Source of the DNA: an uncultured Alphaproteobacteria bacterium
Lineage (GTDB): Bacteria > Pseudomonadota > Alphaproteobacteria > ATCC43930 > CGMCC-115725
Reading direction: 5' to 3'
DNA: 64,000 bases
NCBI GenBank assembly: GCA_963712825.1
Contig: CAVQJP010000022.1
Span: forward strand, 927 to 64,926
Position 1 is the first letter of the stretch. Each line of letters begins with the position of its first letter. Positions 9,076 through 19,477 of this stretch are shown one piece after another. Both the position numbers and the translations under genes were made by a program. The notes under the pieces are model-generated. The model saw only the letters and a list, made by a program, of their open reading frames with translations, did not search any database and was not told where the DNA came from.

Positions 9076-10833
9076 GTGAATAACGAACAACACGCTGTCG
9101 CGGTGTCCGCCGGCGCTGCCGCGGCTGCGGCCGGCGGCCGCGTCACCCAGGCGCAGGCCCATTCGACAAGCCTCAAATGGTATTGGGAGGCCGATGTCGT
9201 GGTGATCGGCTCGGGGGCGGCCGGTCTTCCGGCGGCGATCGTGGCGCGCGAAGCGGGTGCCACGGCGATCGTGGTCGAAGCCCAAAAGGACATTGGCGGC
9301 CACGCGGTCACCAGCGGCGGCAACGTCCCGCTCGGCGGCGGCACCAGCACCCAGAAGAAGCACGGGATCGAGGATTCGCCCGATCTGCTGTTCCGCGACC
9401 TGACCGACTGGTCGGTGGTCCAGCCCAACGGCTTTCCCGATTATCGCTACAACGATCGTGAAATCGTCCGCGCCTTTGCCGACAACAGCGCCCCCGCCTA
9501 TGAATGGCTGCTGGCGCACGGGGTGGTCTTTGTCGACAAGGCGCCCGACGCGCTCGGCGGCAACGGGGTCGGCAATTCGGCGCCGCGCGAAATGCACGCC
9601 GCGGCGATGGATTGGCGCTTGGTGCAAACCGGCGAGAGGGCCGACCCGGCGATCGCGGCGACCCGCTCTACGGGGAACGGTTTGATGCGCCCTTTGGAGG
9701 TCGCCGCGAAAGAGGCCGGGGTGCAGATCCTGCTCCAACACCGGATGACCGCAATCCATCGCGAAGCGCCCGGTTCGGGGCGTGTGCTCGGCATCGCGGT
9801 CGACAACAACGGCACGACGCTCAACATCAGGGCGCGCAAGGCGGTGGTCGTCGCCACCGGCGGCCACACCGGCAACGTCAACTTCCGACGAATGTTCGAC
9901 CCGCGCCTCACCGAGGAATATTGCGGGCTTGCCGGAATGCCGTGGTCAGATCAGGACGCCAGCGGCGAGATCGCGGCGATGGCGGTCGGCGCGTCGCTGT
10001 GGGGGCTGTTCAACCAGACCGGCGAATTCGGCATCCACTTGACCAAGCCCGGCGCCATCGGGTGTCAATACAATTATCGCAATCTCAGGTGGATGCCGGG
10101 CAGTGCGGTGTTCGAGCGCGCCCGCGCCACCGGTCTCGCGGTAGCGGATTGGCAGGATGCGATCCTGGTAAACATGCTCGGCCGCCGGTTCTACGACGAA
10201 ACCGCCGGCAACTTCACCGGCAACAACTATGATTCGATCAAGCCCTATGTCCACGGCAGCTATCTGAACGCCGTCGGCATCGACTACAGGCCCAACAACT
10301 GGATCAACGCAGCGCTCGCCGGTATCGGCGACGGACACAATGGCGGCGGCCCGATCTGGGCGATTTTCGACGCGGCGGCGGTAGCCCGCGAAGCATGGAA
10401 CCCGGCGCCGCCCAATGTCGACATCGACGCCGGCTTTTTCTTCAGCGCCGGCACGCTCGCCGAGTTGGCGAGGAAGATCGTCATGAAGCATCAGCGCGTC
10501 ACGATGCCGCCCGAAATTCTGGAAAGCACCGTCGCCCGCTACAATTCCTTTGTCGATTCGGGTGTCGATGACGATTTCGGCAAGCCGCGGCCCGCCCACA
10601 AGATCGCGACGCCGCCCTTTTATGCGGCCTGGGCGACCCCGGTGCCGCACGATTCGCGCGCGGGGCTGCGGATCAACGCCAAATGCCAGGTGCTCGACTT
10701 GAACGGGCAGGTGATCCCAAATCTCTATTGCGGCGGCGAGTCGGCGGGCGGCTTCAGCCAGCACGGCTTGGCCCGCGCCGTCTGCCAGGGCTTCATCGCC
10801 GGCGGCAATGCCGCCAAGGAAAGCGGCACCTGA
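9076..10833 (+). CDS. FAD-binding dehydrogenase (fumarate reductase/KstD flavoprotein-like)
   Basis: Dinucleotide-binding 'DVVVIGSGAAGLPAAIVAREAGATAIVVEAQKDIGGH' and a C-terminal 'LYCGGESAGG' motif. The start is placed at GTG 9076, which is in frame and 8 nt after GGAGGAG. The ORF as listed starts at 9031. Confidence 0.8.
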   Translation: MNNEQHAVAVSAGAAAAAAGGRVTQAQAHSTSLKWYWEADVVVIGSGAAGLPAAIVAREAGATAIVVEAQKDIGGHAVTSGGNVPLGGGTSTQKKHGIEDSPDLLFRDLTDWSVVQPNGFPDYRYNDREIVRAFADNSAPAYEWLLAHGVVFVDKAPDALGGNGVGNSAPREMHAAAMDWRLVQTGERADPAIAATRSTGNGLMRPLEVAAKEAGVQILLQHRMTAIHREAPGSGRVLGIAVDNNGTTLNIRARKAVVVATGGHTGNVNFRRMFDPRLTEEYCGLAGMPWSDQDASGEIAAMAVGASLWGLFNQTGEFGIHLTKPGAIGCQYNYRNLRWMPGSAVFERARATGLAVADWQDAILVNMLGRRFYDETAGNFTGNNYDSIKPYVHGSYLNAVGIDYRPNNWINAALAGIGDGHNGGGPIWAIFDAAAVAREAWNPAPPNVDIDAGFFFSAGTLAELARKIVMKHQRVTMPPEILESTVARYNSFVDSGVDDDFGKPRPAHKIATPPFYAAWATPVPHDSRAGLRINAKCQVLDLNGQVIPNLYCGGESAGGFSQHGLARAVCQGFIAGGNAAKESGT

Positions 10834-11150
10834 CCCGTTCCGGCGATCGCGCGACACTCGGCCGGCATCGCCGCAAAGCTTACGGCGCGCACGCGGCGAG
10901 AGCATTTCGCGCTGCGCCGTAGACATTCGAGGCCATCGCCGAGGAAGGCGGCCGATGTCGAGCAGCGCCCGCACCGGTTCGGGCAGGGGTCGGCCCTGGG
11001 CCACGTCAAGGTGGGCAAGTCAAGGCACGGAATCACCGCGGCGGCGAAAGCCGTCGCCGCCTCCGGACGGACAGGAACAGCGATCCCGGCTGATGTCTCA
11101 ATGCACGCCGCCCGCCGCTCGGGCAATCTCTGGGGTGCTGCCGCGGAAGC

Positions 11151-11639
11151 TCAGCGCTGGATGTCCACCGTAGGGCATTCGGGATGAAGCTGTTGATATT
11201 GTTGACCGTCGAACCGAGCCTCGCAGGGGGTGTAGAGCCGGCGATAGCCATGATCGCGTCGCTGAAGAATGTCGATGTTGTCGGAACCGTCATCGTCGTA
11301 GAGAAGGCGGCAGATACCGGCCTGCTCCACCTCCCCAATCAGTAGCTTGCAGCCGGCGGTACCGCACCACCTTTCGCCTTCGATCAGGAAGAAATAACTC
11401 CTGCGACCGTTCCGATTGAGATAGCCCGATGCAACTTTGGCATCCGCCAGCATCTTTTCTTCCGAATGCGAATCGTTCCATTGGCTGGCAGGGTAAATTT
11501 GATCGAAGCAGCGTACTTCGTCAGTACCTAATTTTATAGACCAATTGAGGCGTTTGGCGGCCGCCATATTTGCAACTAGAGGAGATAAACCAATAATGGC
11601 AAGCACAGATATGAAAATCCGCAAATACAAGCTATTCAT
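11151..11639 (-). CDS. secreted Cys-containing hypothetical protein (low-GC islet)
   Basis: Internal Met gives signal peptide 'MNSLYLRIFISVLAIIGLSPLVANMAAA'. The mature part has 6 Cys ('WCGTAGCKLLIGE'). Local GC is clearly below the flanks. Confidence 0.5.
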   Translation of the reverse strand: MNSLYLRIFISVLAIIGLSPLVANMAAAKRLNWSIKLGTDEVRCFDQIYPASQWNDSHSEEKMLADAKVASGYLNRNGRRSYFFLIEGERWCGTAGCKLLIGEVEQAGICRLLYDDDGSDNIDILQRRDHGYRRLYTPCEARFDGQQYQQLHPECPTVDIQR

Positions 11640-11900
11640 AGGGTGTATCTGCGAAGGTACGAAGACGCGTTTCAACAGCACGCTCTTGTCGCGTCAACGC
11701 GATACCCTTGCTGGTGGATCCATTTTTAGTGATTCGATCTAAATAGTTGTATACTGCTCCCGCACCCTCCCGATGGGCTGCCGGGCGATGTATCACTTTG
11801 CGTCCCCACACGCCAGGGGTATGATGCGGGAGGGGTAGACCCTCTCGCCGGCAAGTCGCATCCGTTATGGGATTCCCGCCGGCTGTGGAGCCTGTGGGAT

Positions 11901-12731
11901 ATGATCAATTTCGAGCTTTGCACCTTTCTTCCCGCCTTGGAGGATTTAACGAGGGATGTCAACTACACGCGGTATGCCGCAGACGAAAATGACGGGCTAG
12001 TTGATGAGGCGCAGCATAGCCGTCTCGAGGCAAATACTAAGCGAATTTTCCGAGAATGCGGAAAGCTCGGATTAGATGGCGCTAGCAATGCCTCGCTCCA
12101 CTTGGAGGACATGTTTAGGAGATATAGAATTAGGAAATATAAATACAGCGAGATAACCAATGCGCTGTTTAGGCTTTTAGATGATTTGAGAATGGCTTTG
12201 ATGGATGAATATTTTTTTCACTATCCACGCGAAATAGCCGAGCTAATACATAGAGTTGATTTCGATTGGGAGGCAACTCTATCTGGGTTTCCTTCATCAC
12301 GGCGCGGGATAATGGCGTCAATAGATTGTTACGCGCTCGGCGACTATTCCGGGTGCGTATTTCACATGATGGGACTTGCCGAATTGGGACTCAGGGCCAT
12401 CGCTGGAGAGCGTGGCATTGAGGCTGTCGGCAACAACAAGCCAATTGAATGGGGGACATGGCAGGATGTTTTTCAGGCGATCGAGGGGCAGCTGAAGGTT
12501 ATCCGGTCGAGGCCACCAGGCCCGAAGAAAGATGCGGCTCTGTCGTTTTACGATACAGCCCTCAGTGATCTGAGGCGGCTTCAGGGCTACCGCGATCCAA
12601 CGATGCATTTCCGGCAGAACTACGACAAGGGCGAAGCATATGACGCGATGTATCGCACTAAGAGCCTAATGCAGACCCTCTCCACGAAGCTCAGTGAGGG
12701 TTATTCGGGCCAGATTGAGTGGGGTTTATGA
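11901..12731 (+). CDS. hypothetical protein with HEPN-like C-terminal half
   Basis: 276-aa ORF in low-GC DNA. 'ASIDCYALGDYSGCVFHMMGLAELGLRAIA' is followed by 'YRDPTMHF' (an Rx4H motif) about 95 aa later. This is the layout of HEPN/DUF4145-type domains. Confidence 0.5.
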   Translation: MINFELCTFLPALEDLTRDVNYTRYAADENDGLVDEAQHSRLEANTKRIFRECGKLGLDGASNASLHLEDMFRRYRIRKYKYSEITNALFRLLDDLRMALMDEYFFHYPREIAELIHRVDFDWEATLSGFPSSRRGIMASIDCYALGDYSGCVFHMMGLAELGLRAIAGERGIEAVGNNKPIEWGTWQDVFQAIEGQLKVIRSRPPGPKKDAALSFYDTALSDLRRLQGYRDPTMHFRQNYDKGEAYDAMYRTKSLMQTLSTKLSEGYSGQIEWGL

Positions 12732-12920
12732 AGATTTCCTTGACGGTGAGCGGCGCTCACTTTTGGCCTTAGGAAGCGCGCTCTTGGGCTGTTCGGCAAC
12801 CTTACGGAATACGCGCTCAAACTCCGGGCTGGGCGTCTCAGCCTCGACTTCTCGGGCCATGTCAATGAAGCGCTTCGATTGCTCGGGATCATCGGGTTGC
12901 GGCTTGGGTTTGCGAGGCAT
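12726..12920 (-). CDS. small Lys/Pro/Glu-rich hypothetical protein
   Basis: 64-aa internal-Met ORF 'MPRKPKPQPDDPEQSKRFIDMAREVEAE...'. Its 3' end overlaps the converging 11901-12731 gene by 6 nt. Confidence 0.35.
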   Translation of the reverse strand: MPRKPKPQPDDPEQSKRFIDMAREVEAETPSPEFERVFRKVAEQPKSALPKAKSERRSPSRKSS

Positions 12921-13090
12921 GAACGGAATTATACCACAGACATTCGACAGACGAAGATTCCTGCGGCTGGTGGCGGGGGGTGCCGCAGTTGCTGGCGTTT
13001 CTCTTGCGATAACATCATGTAGTTCTCCTGATAAAAGACACGTCACCTCGATACAAATTGGAATCCGCTCTGAAATCAATTGTGCTCCAA

Positions 13091-13588
13091 TTACATCCCA
13101 AGCCATGTTAATGAGACAACATTGAGTTTCTCCGACACCATTAGCTCAAAACCAGACAGAACATCAAGCCCTAAAATCACATCATGATAATTGCCCGTCG
13201 CTCTCAAATTCACAGCAGTCACGGGACCACCAATAACCAACATTTCCTGAGGAAATACCATTTGTGCAATATAGATCGACGTTTGGGAATTTATTCCAGT
13301 GAAGCTTGAGGATATTTCTCCAATGGCACGTAGGTGGAACATCTCGACTAGGGCGGTATCAATTCTCGTCACGTCTGAGCCGGTGTCAATGACGGCCGTT
13401 AACCCTCCCTTCATACCACTCGGGAGCCGATCGTCGCCAAGATTCCAAGTGGGGTCAGCGGCGACAGATATCGAAACTTTTGGGGCAAAATTCTTACCGA
13501 GCGCTTGGGCATACGCACCAAGCGGCTCAAACCGGCCGACGATGCTCTGGCCGATATTCATCACCATCGCTCCTGGGTTGGTTGGCAC
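13091..13588 (-). CDS. retropepsin-like (clan AA) aspartic protease
   Basis: 165-aa ORF with the catalytic 'AVIDTGSDVTRID' (D-T-G-S) and the downstream 'DVILGLDVL' motif of single-domain retroviral-type proteases. No signal peptide. Confidence 0.7.
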   Translation of the reverse strand: MPTNPGAMVMNIGQSIVGRFEPLGAYAQALGKNFAPKVSISVAADPTWNLGDDRLPSGMKGGLTAVIDTGSDVTRIDTALVEMFHLRAIGEISSSFTGINSQTSIYIAQMVFPQEMLVIGGPVTAVNLRATGNYHDVILGLDVLSGFELMVSEKLNVVSLTWLGM

Positions 13589-13694
13589 CTTCCAGGATAG
13601 CGACGGCGGGGGCGGGCGTCACCGCTTGCCCCCGCCAACGAGCGCCAATTCAAGCTGTCGCGGATCGGGCGTGATTGAAGCGCGACGCCGCGAT

Positions 13695-14647
13695 TTAGAA
13701 GGGCGGCTCGGCTTCAATTCCCCGCTGGCGACGAGTCGTTCGATAGGTGAGCCGCTTGCCCTTTGCGCCGACCAAGGCGCGATCGGCTCGCTCCAAATCG
13801 TCTACGCCGAGTGCGACTCGGTTGTTGTGCCGGAAATCAAATTCGGCAGCGTAGCGGTGCAGGTGCGCTTCGCTGACGTGGAAGTAGCAGCCGAACCGCC
13901 ACGCTTGAAGATCGAAAAGAAATTTTCAACCGTGTTGGTGTGCCAGAAGGCGGCGCGGACATATTCCTCGGCGCTGTGGTTGACGGAACCATGCCCGGCG
14001 AACCAGTCGCCGATGCCGGGATAAACCGGCGCATCGTCGGTCATCAGGTAGCTCGCGCGGTCAACGTTGGCGGTAATGACCGGCCCCAAAGTCGCCGCAG
14101 TCACGTTCGAGACATGGAAGCTGCGCACGCGCCCGTCGCGCTCGACCAGCGAGAGGATGATTTCCTTGGGCGGGATCTTCCCCTTCCGGTTTGCGGCTCT
14201 GCCGCCGACATAGGTTTCATCAGCCTCGACAACCTGATTTGCGCCGCCGAGCGGGCCGACCGGATCAATTCCAAGTTCGGTCATGGCCTCGCGAACGCGA
14301 TGACCGAGAAACCACGCGGTCTTCAACCCACAACCGAAGGTGCGCTGAAGCTGGCGGGTCGAAATCCCCTTCTTCGACGAGCAGAACAAGTAGATCGCCT
14401 GGAGCCAAACCCGCATCGGCACGTGGCTCAACTCAAAGACCGTGCCGATCTTGACGGTGAAGGGCTTCCGGCAGGCATAGCACTTGTACAGACCAACCCG
14501 ATTGGTCTTTCCCCGCAACTTGCCAGCGTGTTCCTTGGTCGCGCCGCAATGCGGGCAAACCGGGCCATCGGGCCATAGCCGCGCTTCGGCGAACTCGTAA
14601 GCGGCCTCTTCGCTATGGAAATGTGCGGCGGAAAGGTGGGATTGCAT
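13695..14647 (-). mobile_element. IS1595-family transposase gene, one frameshift near 13870
   Basis: N-terminal zinc ribbon 'CPHCG...YKCYACRKPFTVKIGTVFE' and 'ETYVGG' are present. After 'NTVENFFSIFKRG' the family-typical 'YFHVSEAHLHRYAAEFDFRHNNRVALGVDD...' continues in another frame down to a TAA at 13695. Confidence 0.8.
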
Positions 14648-14877
14648 GGCCTATCTCCTTGACCATGCTCAATCTAGCACTAGCGGCTGGGAACGTCAAG
14701 TGAAACATCGCCGGAATCTCAATCGTACAAGGCAATCCTCCAGCGCCCCAACCTTATAAATTCCCGATTAACGTCGCCATTGCCCGTGATCTTGGTAAGG
14801 AACAGCCTATACGCGTTCCTACACCATTTGGAAATATTACTGTCGTATATTTAAGAAAATACGAGAGTTCCCGAATT

Positions 14878-15055
14878 AGTTGGTAAGGCGGGTGGAGCGC
14901 AGCACAACCCACCGCCGGCTGAACGGGTAAATGCTTCGGCCGTTGCGAGGCCTCGGATCGGCGGCAACGTTACCTTCAGTTGGTAGGGCGGGTGAAGCGT
15001 AGCGCACCCGCCACCGGTTGTGCCGGCATTATGGCGGGTGCTACCCGCCCTACGG
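14878..15055. repeat. cluster of three REP-type palindromic units upstream of sucA
   Basis: Copy 1 is 'agttggtaaggcgggtggagcgcagcacaacccaccgcc' (14878-14916). Copy 2 is 'agttggtagggcgggtgaagcgtagcgcacccgcc' (14978-15012). An inverted short copy 'atggcgggtgctacccgccctacgg' lies at 15031-15055. Confidence 0.6.
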
Positions 15056-15242
15056 ACCCAACCCATTCGGCAGTATTCGGATTATCACGCCCCGTCGCCC
15101 ATACGCAGAGCGCAAATCAGCAATTCGCAACCGCTTCCGGCATAGCATCCCTATATATCAGACGGCAAAAGGCGCTATCCACGGCAGGGGAAGGGCCCCG
15201 CTTTTGCATAATTTCCTATCGGGAAAGTACGCAGAGTCATCG

Positions 15243-18060
15243 ATGGCTGATATCGACGGTGCGAATTTTCTGACCGGCGCCAATGCGGGATTTATTGCCG
15301 ATCTCTACGCGCGCTTTCTCGACGACCCCGGTTCGGTCGACGAGAGCTGGCGCGGGTTCTTCAGCGAAATCGGCGAGGAGGGGGCGGGCGCGTTGCGCGC
15401 ACCCGTTTGGGAGAAACCCGCCGCCCACAGTGGCAACGGTGCGGCGGCGCCGGTTCCGGATGCCGGTGCATTGCGCCGGGCGACATCCGACTCGATCCGC
15501 GCGTTGCAGCTGATCCGCGCCTATCGCGTGCGCGGCCATCTCGAGGCCGACCTCGACCCGCTCGGGCTCGAAAAGCGCGGCCCTTATCCCGAGCTTGATT
15601 ACCGCAGCTACGGGTTTTTCGAGGCCGATCTCGACCGCGAGATTTTTCTCAACAACGTCTTTGACCGCGAGCGCGCCCGTCTGCGCGAGATCATCGCGAT
15701 CCTGCGCGAGACTTATTGCGGCACGATTGGCGTCGAATACATGCACATCCAGGTCCCAGCCGAACGCGCCTGGATCCAGGAGAAGTTCGAGAAACACCGC
15801 CGCCGCCCCAAATTTTCGGCGGCTGAGAAACAAGAAATTCTCGGCGTCCTGACCACGGCCGAGACCTTTGAGCGGTTTCTCGACCGGCGCTACACCGGCA
15901 CCAAGCGCTTTGGCATCGAGGGCGCGGAATCGCTGATGCCGGCGCTGGAGGCGATCCTGCGCCGCGGCTCGGCGCTCGGTGTCGAGGAATACGTGATCGG
16001 CATGCCGCATCGCGGCCGGCTCAACGTGCTCGCCAACTTTGTCGGCAAGCCCTATGCCGCGATCTTTTCCGAGTTCCAGGGCAATTCGGTCAACCCCGAG
16101 CATGTCCACGGCTCGGGCGACGTCAAATACCACCTCGGCACCTCGGCCGACCGCGAGATCGCCGGCAAGACCGTGCATCTGTCGCTGGCCGCGAACCCGT
16201 CGCATCTGGAAGCGGTCAACCCGGTCGTGCTGGGCAAGGTGCGCGCCAAGCAGCAGCAGCGCGGCGACGATGCGCGGCGCGAGGTCGCCGGCATCCTGAT
16301 GCATGGCGACGCCGCTTTTGCCGGGCAGGGGCTCGTCGCCGAGTCGCTGGAAATGTCGGAGCTGACCGGGTTTTGCACCGGCGGCACAATCCACGTCATC
16401 GTCAACAACCAGATCGGGTTTACCACCGCGCCCTCGGCGGCGCGGTCGAGCCCCTATCCCTCCGACATCGCCAAGGCGGTGCAGGCGCCGATCTTTCACG
16501 TCAACGGCGACGATCCCGAGGCGGTGGTGGAGGTCGCGATCGCCGCCGCCGAATACCGCCGCGAATTCGGCAAGGACGTCGTCGTCGACCTGTTCTGCTA
16601 TCGCCGCCACGGCCATAACGAAGGCGACGAGCCGGCCTTCACCCAGCCCTTGATGTACCGCACGATCGCCCGCCATCCGACGACCCGGCAGATTTACGCC
16701 GCGCGTCTGGTCGAGGAGGGTATCATCGCCGAGGGCGAGGCCGAGGCGATGGCGGCGCATTTTGCCGCCCGCCTCGAAAGCGAGTTCGAATCAGCCAAGG
16801 GCTACCGCCCGAACAAGGCCGACTGGCTCGAAGGCGCCTGGGCCGGGCTCGCCGAAGCGCCCGACGACGAGCGCCGCGGCGACACCGCCGTCGCGATCGC
16901 ATCGCTGCGCGAGCTCGGCCGCGGTCTGACGACGGCGCCGGCGGGATTTCGCCTCAACCCCAAGATCGCCCGCCAGCTCGACGCCAAGCGCGCCGCGATC
17001 GAGGCCGGCGACGGCATCGACTGGGCGACCGCGGAGGCGTTGGCGATCGCCTCGCTCTGCGCCGAGGGAACGCATGTGCGGATGTCAGGCCAGGACAGCG
17101 GCCGCGGCACCTTCTCGCACCGCCACGCGGTCTTGGTCGATCAGGAGAGCGAGGAGCGGTATGTCCCGATCGACCATGTGCGGGCGGGGCAGGCGCGGTT
17201 CGACATCATCGACAGCCCGCTCTCCGAAGCGGGCGTGGTCGGGTTCGAATACGGCTACAGCCTCGCCGACCCGGCGAGCCTGGTGCTGTGGGAAGCGCAA
17301 TTCGGCGATTTCGCCAATGGCGCGCAGGTCATCATCGACCAGTTCCTCTGCGCCGGCGAAGCCAAGTGGCTGCGCATGAGCGGGCTCGTGCTGCTGTTGC
17401 CGCATGGCTACGAAGGCCAGGGGCCGGAGCATTCCTCGGCCCGCATCGAGCGCTATCTGCAGCTCTGCGCCGAGGACAACATCCAGGTCTGCAACCTGAC
17501 GAGTGCTGCCAATTATTTCCACGCATTGCGGCGCCAGGTGCGGCGCAATTTCAGAAAGCCGCTCGTCGTCTTCACCCCGAAATCGCTGCTGCGCGCGAAG
17601 GAGGTCGCCTCGCGCCTCGACGAGATGGGACCGGGAAGCTCGTTTCACCGGGTCATCGACGATCCCGGTCCTGATCGCCGACGCCGACCAAATTCGCCGC
17701 GTCGTGCTGTGCTCGGGAAAGGTCTATTTCGACTTGGCAAAGGCGCGGGCGGCGAGCGGCGACGACCGCGTGGCCCTGATCCGGGTCGAGCAGCTCTACC
17801 CATTTCCGTTCAAGACGCTCGCCAAGGTGCTGGCGCCCCGGCGCAACGCCGAGATCGTGTGGTGCCAGGAAGAGCCGCAGAACATGGGGGCGTGGAATTT
17901 TGTCGACCGGCGCATCGAGCAGGTGTTGTCGAGCCTCGATGTCGCCGCCAAACGGCCGCGCTTTGTCGGGCGGGCCGAGGCCGCGTCGCCGGCGACCGGT
18001 CTCTTCAAACGCCATGTCGAGGAGCAGGCGCTGCTCGTCAACGACGCCCTCGCCGCCTGA
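15243..18060 (+). CDS. sucA: 2-oxoglutarate dehydrogenase E1 component, with a frame change near 17655
   Basis: '[40 protein letters not shown]' at ATG 15243, with a long E1o-type body. After 'FHRVIDDP' the conserved tail '[23 protein letters not shown]...[10 protein letters not shown]...' continues in ORF 17503-18060. This looks like one extra base in 'gatcccggtc'. Confidence 0.9.
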
Positions 18061-18077
18061 TTTTGGGGGACGTGGCG

Positions 18078-19471
18078 ATGGCGATCGAAATCAAGGTGCC
18101 GAGCCTCGGCGAATCGGTCACCGAGGCGACGGTCGCGAAATGGCTGAAGCAGCCAGGCGAGGCGGTGGCGGTCGACGAGCCGGTGGTCGAGCTCGAAACC
18201 GACAAGGTCAATGTCGAGGTACCGGCGCCCGCGGCCGGGATGCTCGCCGAAATCGTCGCCGCGGAAGGCGCCAGCCTCCCCGTCGGGAGCGTGCTTGGAC
18301 GGATCGGCGACAGCGCGACGGTGCCAGCTGCGCATCCGACCCCACTTGAGGCCACTCTGCCGCTGCCGGCCGAACAGGCGACCTCGAGTGCAACCCCACC
18401 CGAAGGACTAGCGGGTCGACCCCGCGCCCGCCCTTACCCACCCAGCCATGCCGGCTGGGTCCCCTCTCTCCCGCGGTGCGGGAGAGGGCGCCGATGCTCG
18501 GACTATGATCCGGGGAGAGGCGGGTCAGGGCGGCGCCGCGTCGGCGCTGGCGCGCTCGGGGCCGGCGGTGCGCAAGCTGGTAGCGGAAAGTGGGCTCGAT
18601 GCCGCGGCAATCGCACCGACCGGACCCGGCGCGCGCATCACCAAAGCCGATGTCGCCCAAGCATTGGCGCGCCCGATGCCGGCTCACCCGGTCGAGCCGC
18701 CACCGGCTCCGGCATCCCCGCCGGCTGAGGCTCGGGCACCGGCGCCGGTTGGCGAGCGCGAGGTGCGGGTGCGGATGACGCGCCTCCGGCGCCGCATCGC
18801 CGAACGGCTGAAAGCGGCGCAGAACACCGCCGCGATGCTGACCACCTTCAACGAAATCGACATGAGCCGGACGATCGCGCTGCGCGAGCAGTGGCGCGAG
18901 GCGTTCGAGAAAAAGCACGGCGTTCGCCTCGGCTTTATGTCGATCTTTGTGAAGGCGTCGATCGCCGCGCTGAAGGAAGTTCCCGGCGTCAACGCCGAGA
19001 TCGACGGCGACGACATCGTCTACAAAAATCATTACGACATAGGGGTCGCGGTCGGGACCGAAAGCGGGTTGGTCGTACCGGTGTTGCGTGACGCCGACCG
19101 GATGGGCTTTCGCCGATATCGAGAAGGAGATCGCCGCCCTCGGGCGCAAGGCGCGCGACGGCAAATTGACGATCGAAGATCTGTCCGGCGGCACCTTTAC
19201 GATTTCGAATGGCGGCATCTACGGCTCGCTACTGTCGACGCCGATCCTGAACCCGCCACAATCGGGCATCCTCGGCATGCACAAGATCGAGCGCCGCCCG
19301 GTCGCGGTGGCCGGTGCCGCCCGGAGCGCCGAAACGATCGAAATCCGGCCGATGATGTATGTGGCGTTGTCCTATGACCACCGCATCGTCGACGGCCGCG
19401 AAGCCGTCGGCTTTCTGGTGCGGGTCAAGGAATTGGTCGAGGACCCGTCGCGGCTGTTGTTCGAGATCTGA
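18078..19471 (+). CDS. sucB: dihydrolipoyllysine-residue succinyltransferase (E2o), read in three frames
   Basis: The lipoyl domain '[41 protein letters not shown]' starts at 18078. The E3-binding '[15 protein letters not shown]' and catalytic core are in ORF 18448-19377. '[39 protein letters not shown]' is in ORF 19088-19471. Frame changes lie at ~18430-18530 and ~19095. Confidence 0.85.
18428..18533. repeat. 106-bp nested-palindrome (REP/MITE-like) element inside the sucB linker
   Basis: The outer arms are 'ccgcccttaccc' and 'gggtcagggcgg'. The inner hairpins are 'cccagcc-atgcc-ggctggg' and 'ccctctctcccgc-ggt-gcgggagaggg'. Boundaries are approximate. Confidence 0.55.
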
Positions 19472-19477
19472 GCGGCG

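Noticed and set aside
15018-18728. A single 1236-aa ORF that looks like a SucA-SucB fusion protein.
   Set aside because: It is an artefact. The sucA frame slips near 17655 into a frame that happens to stay open through the intergenic gap and the sucB lipoyl domain. The genuine SucA C-terminus is in ORF 17503-18060, and sucB has its own ATG at 18078.
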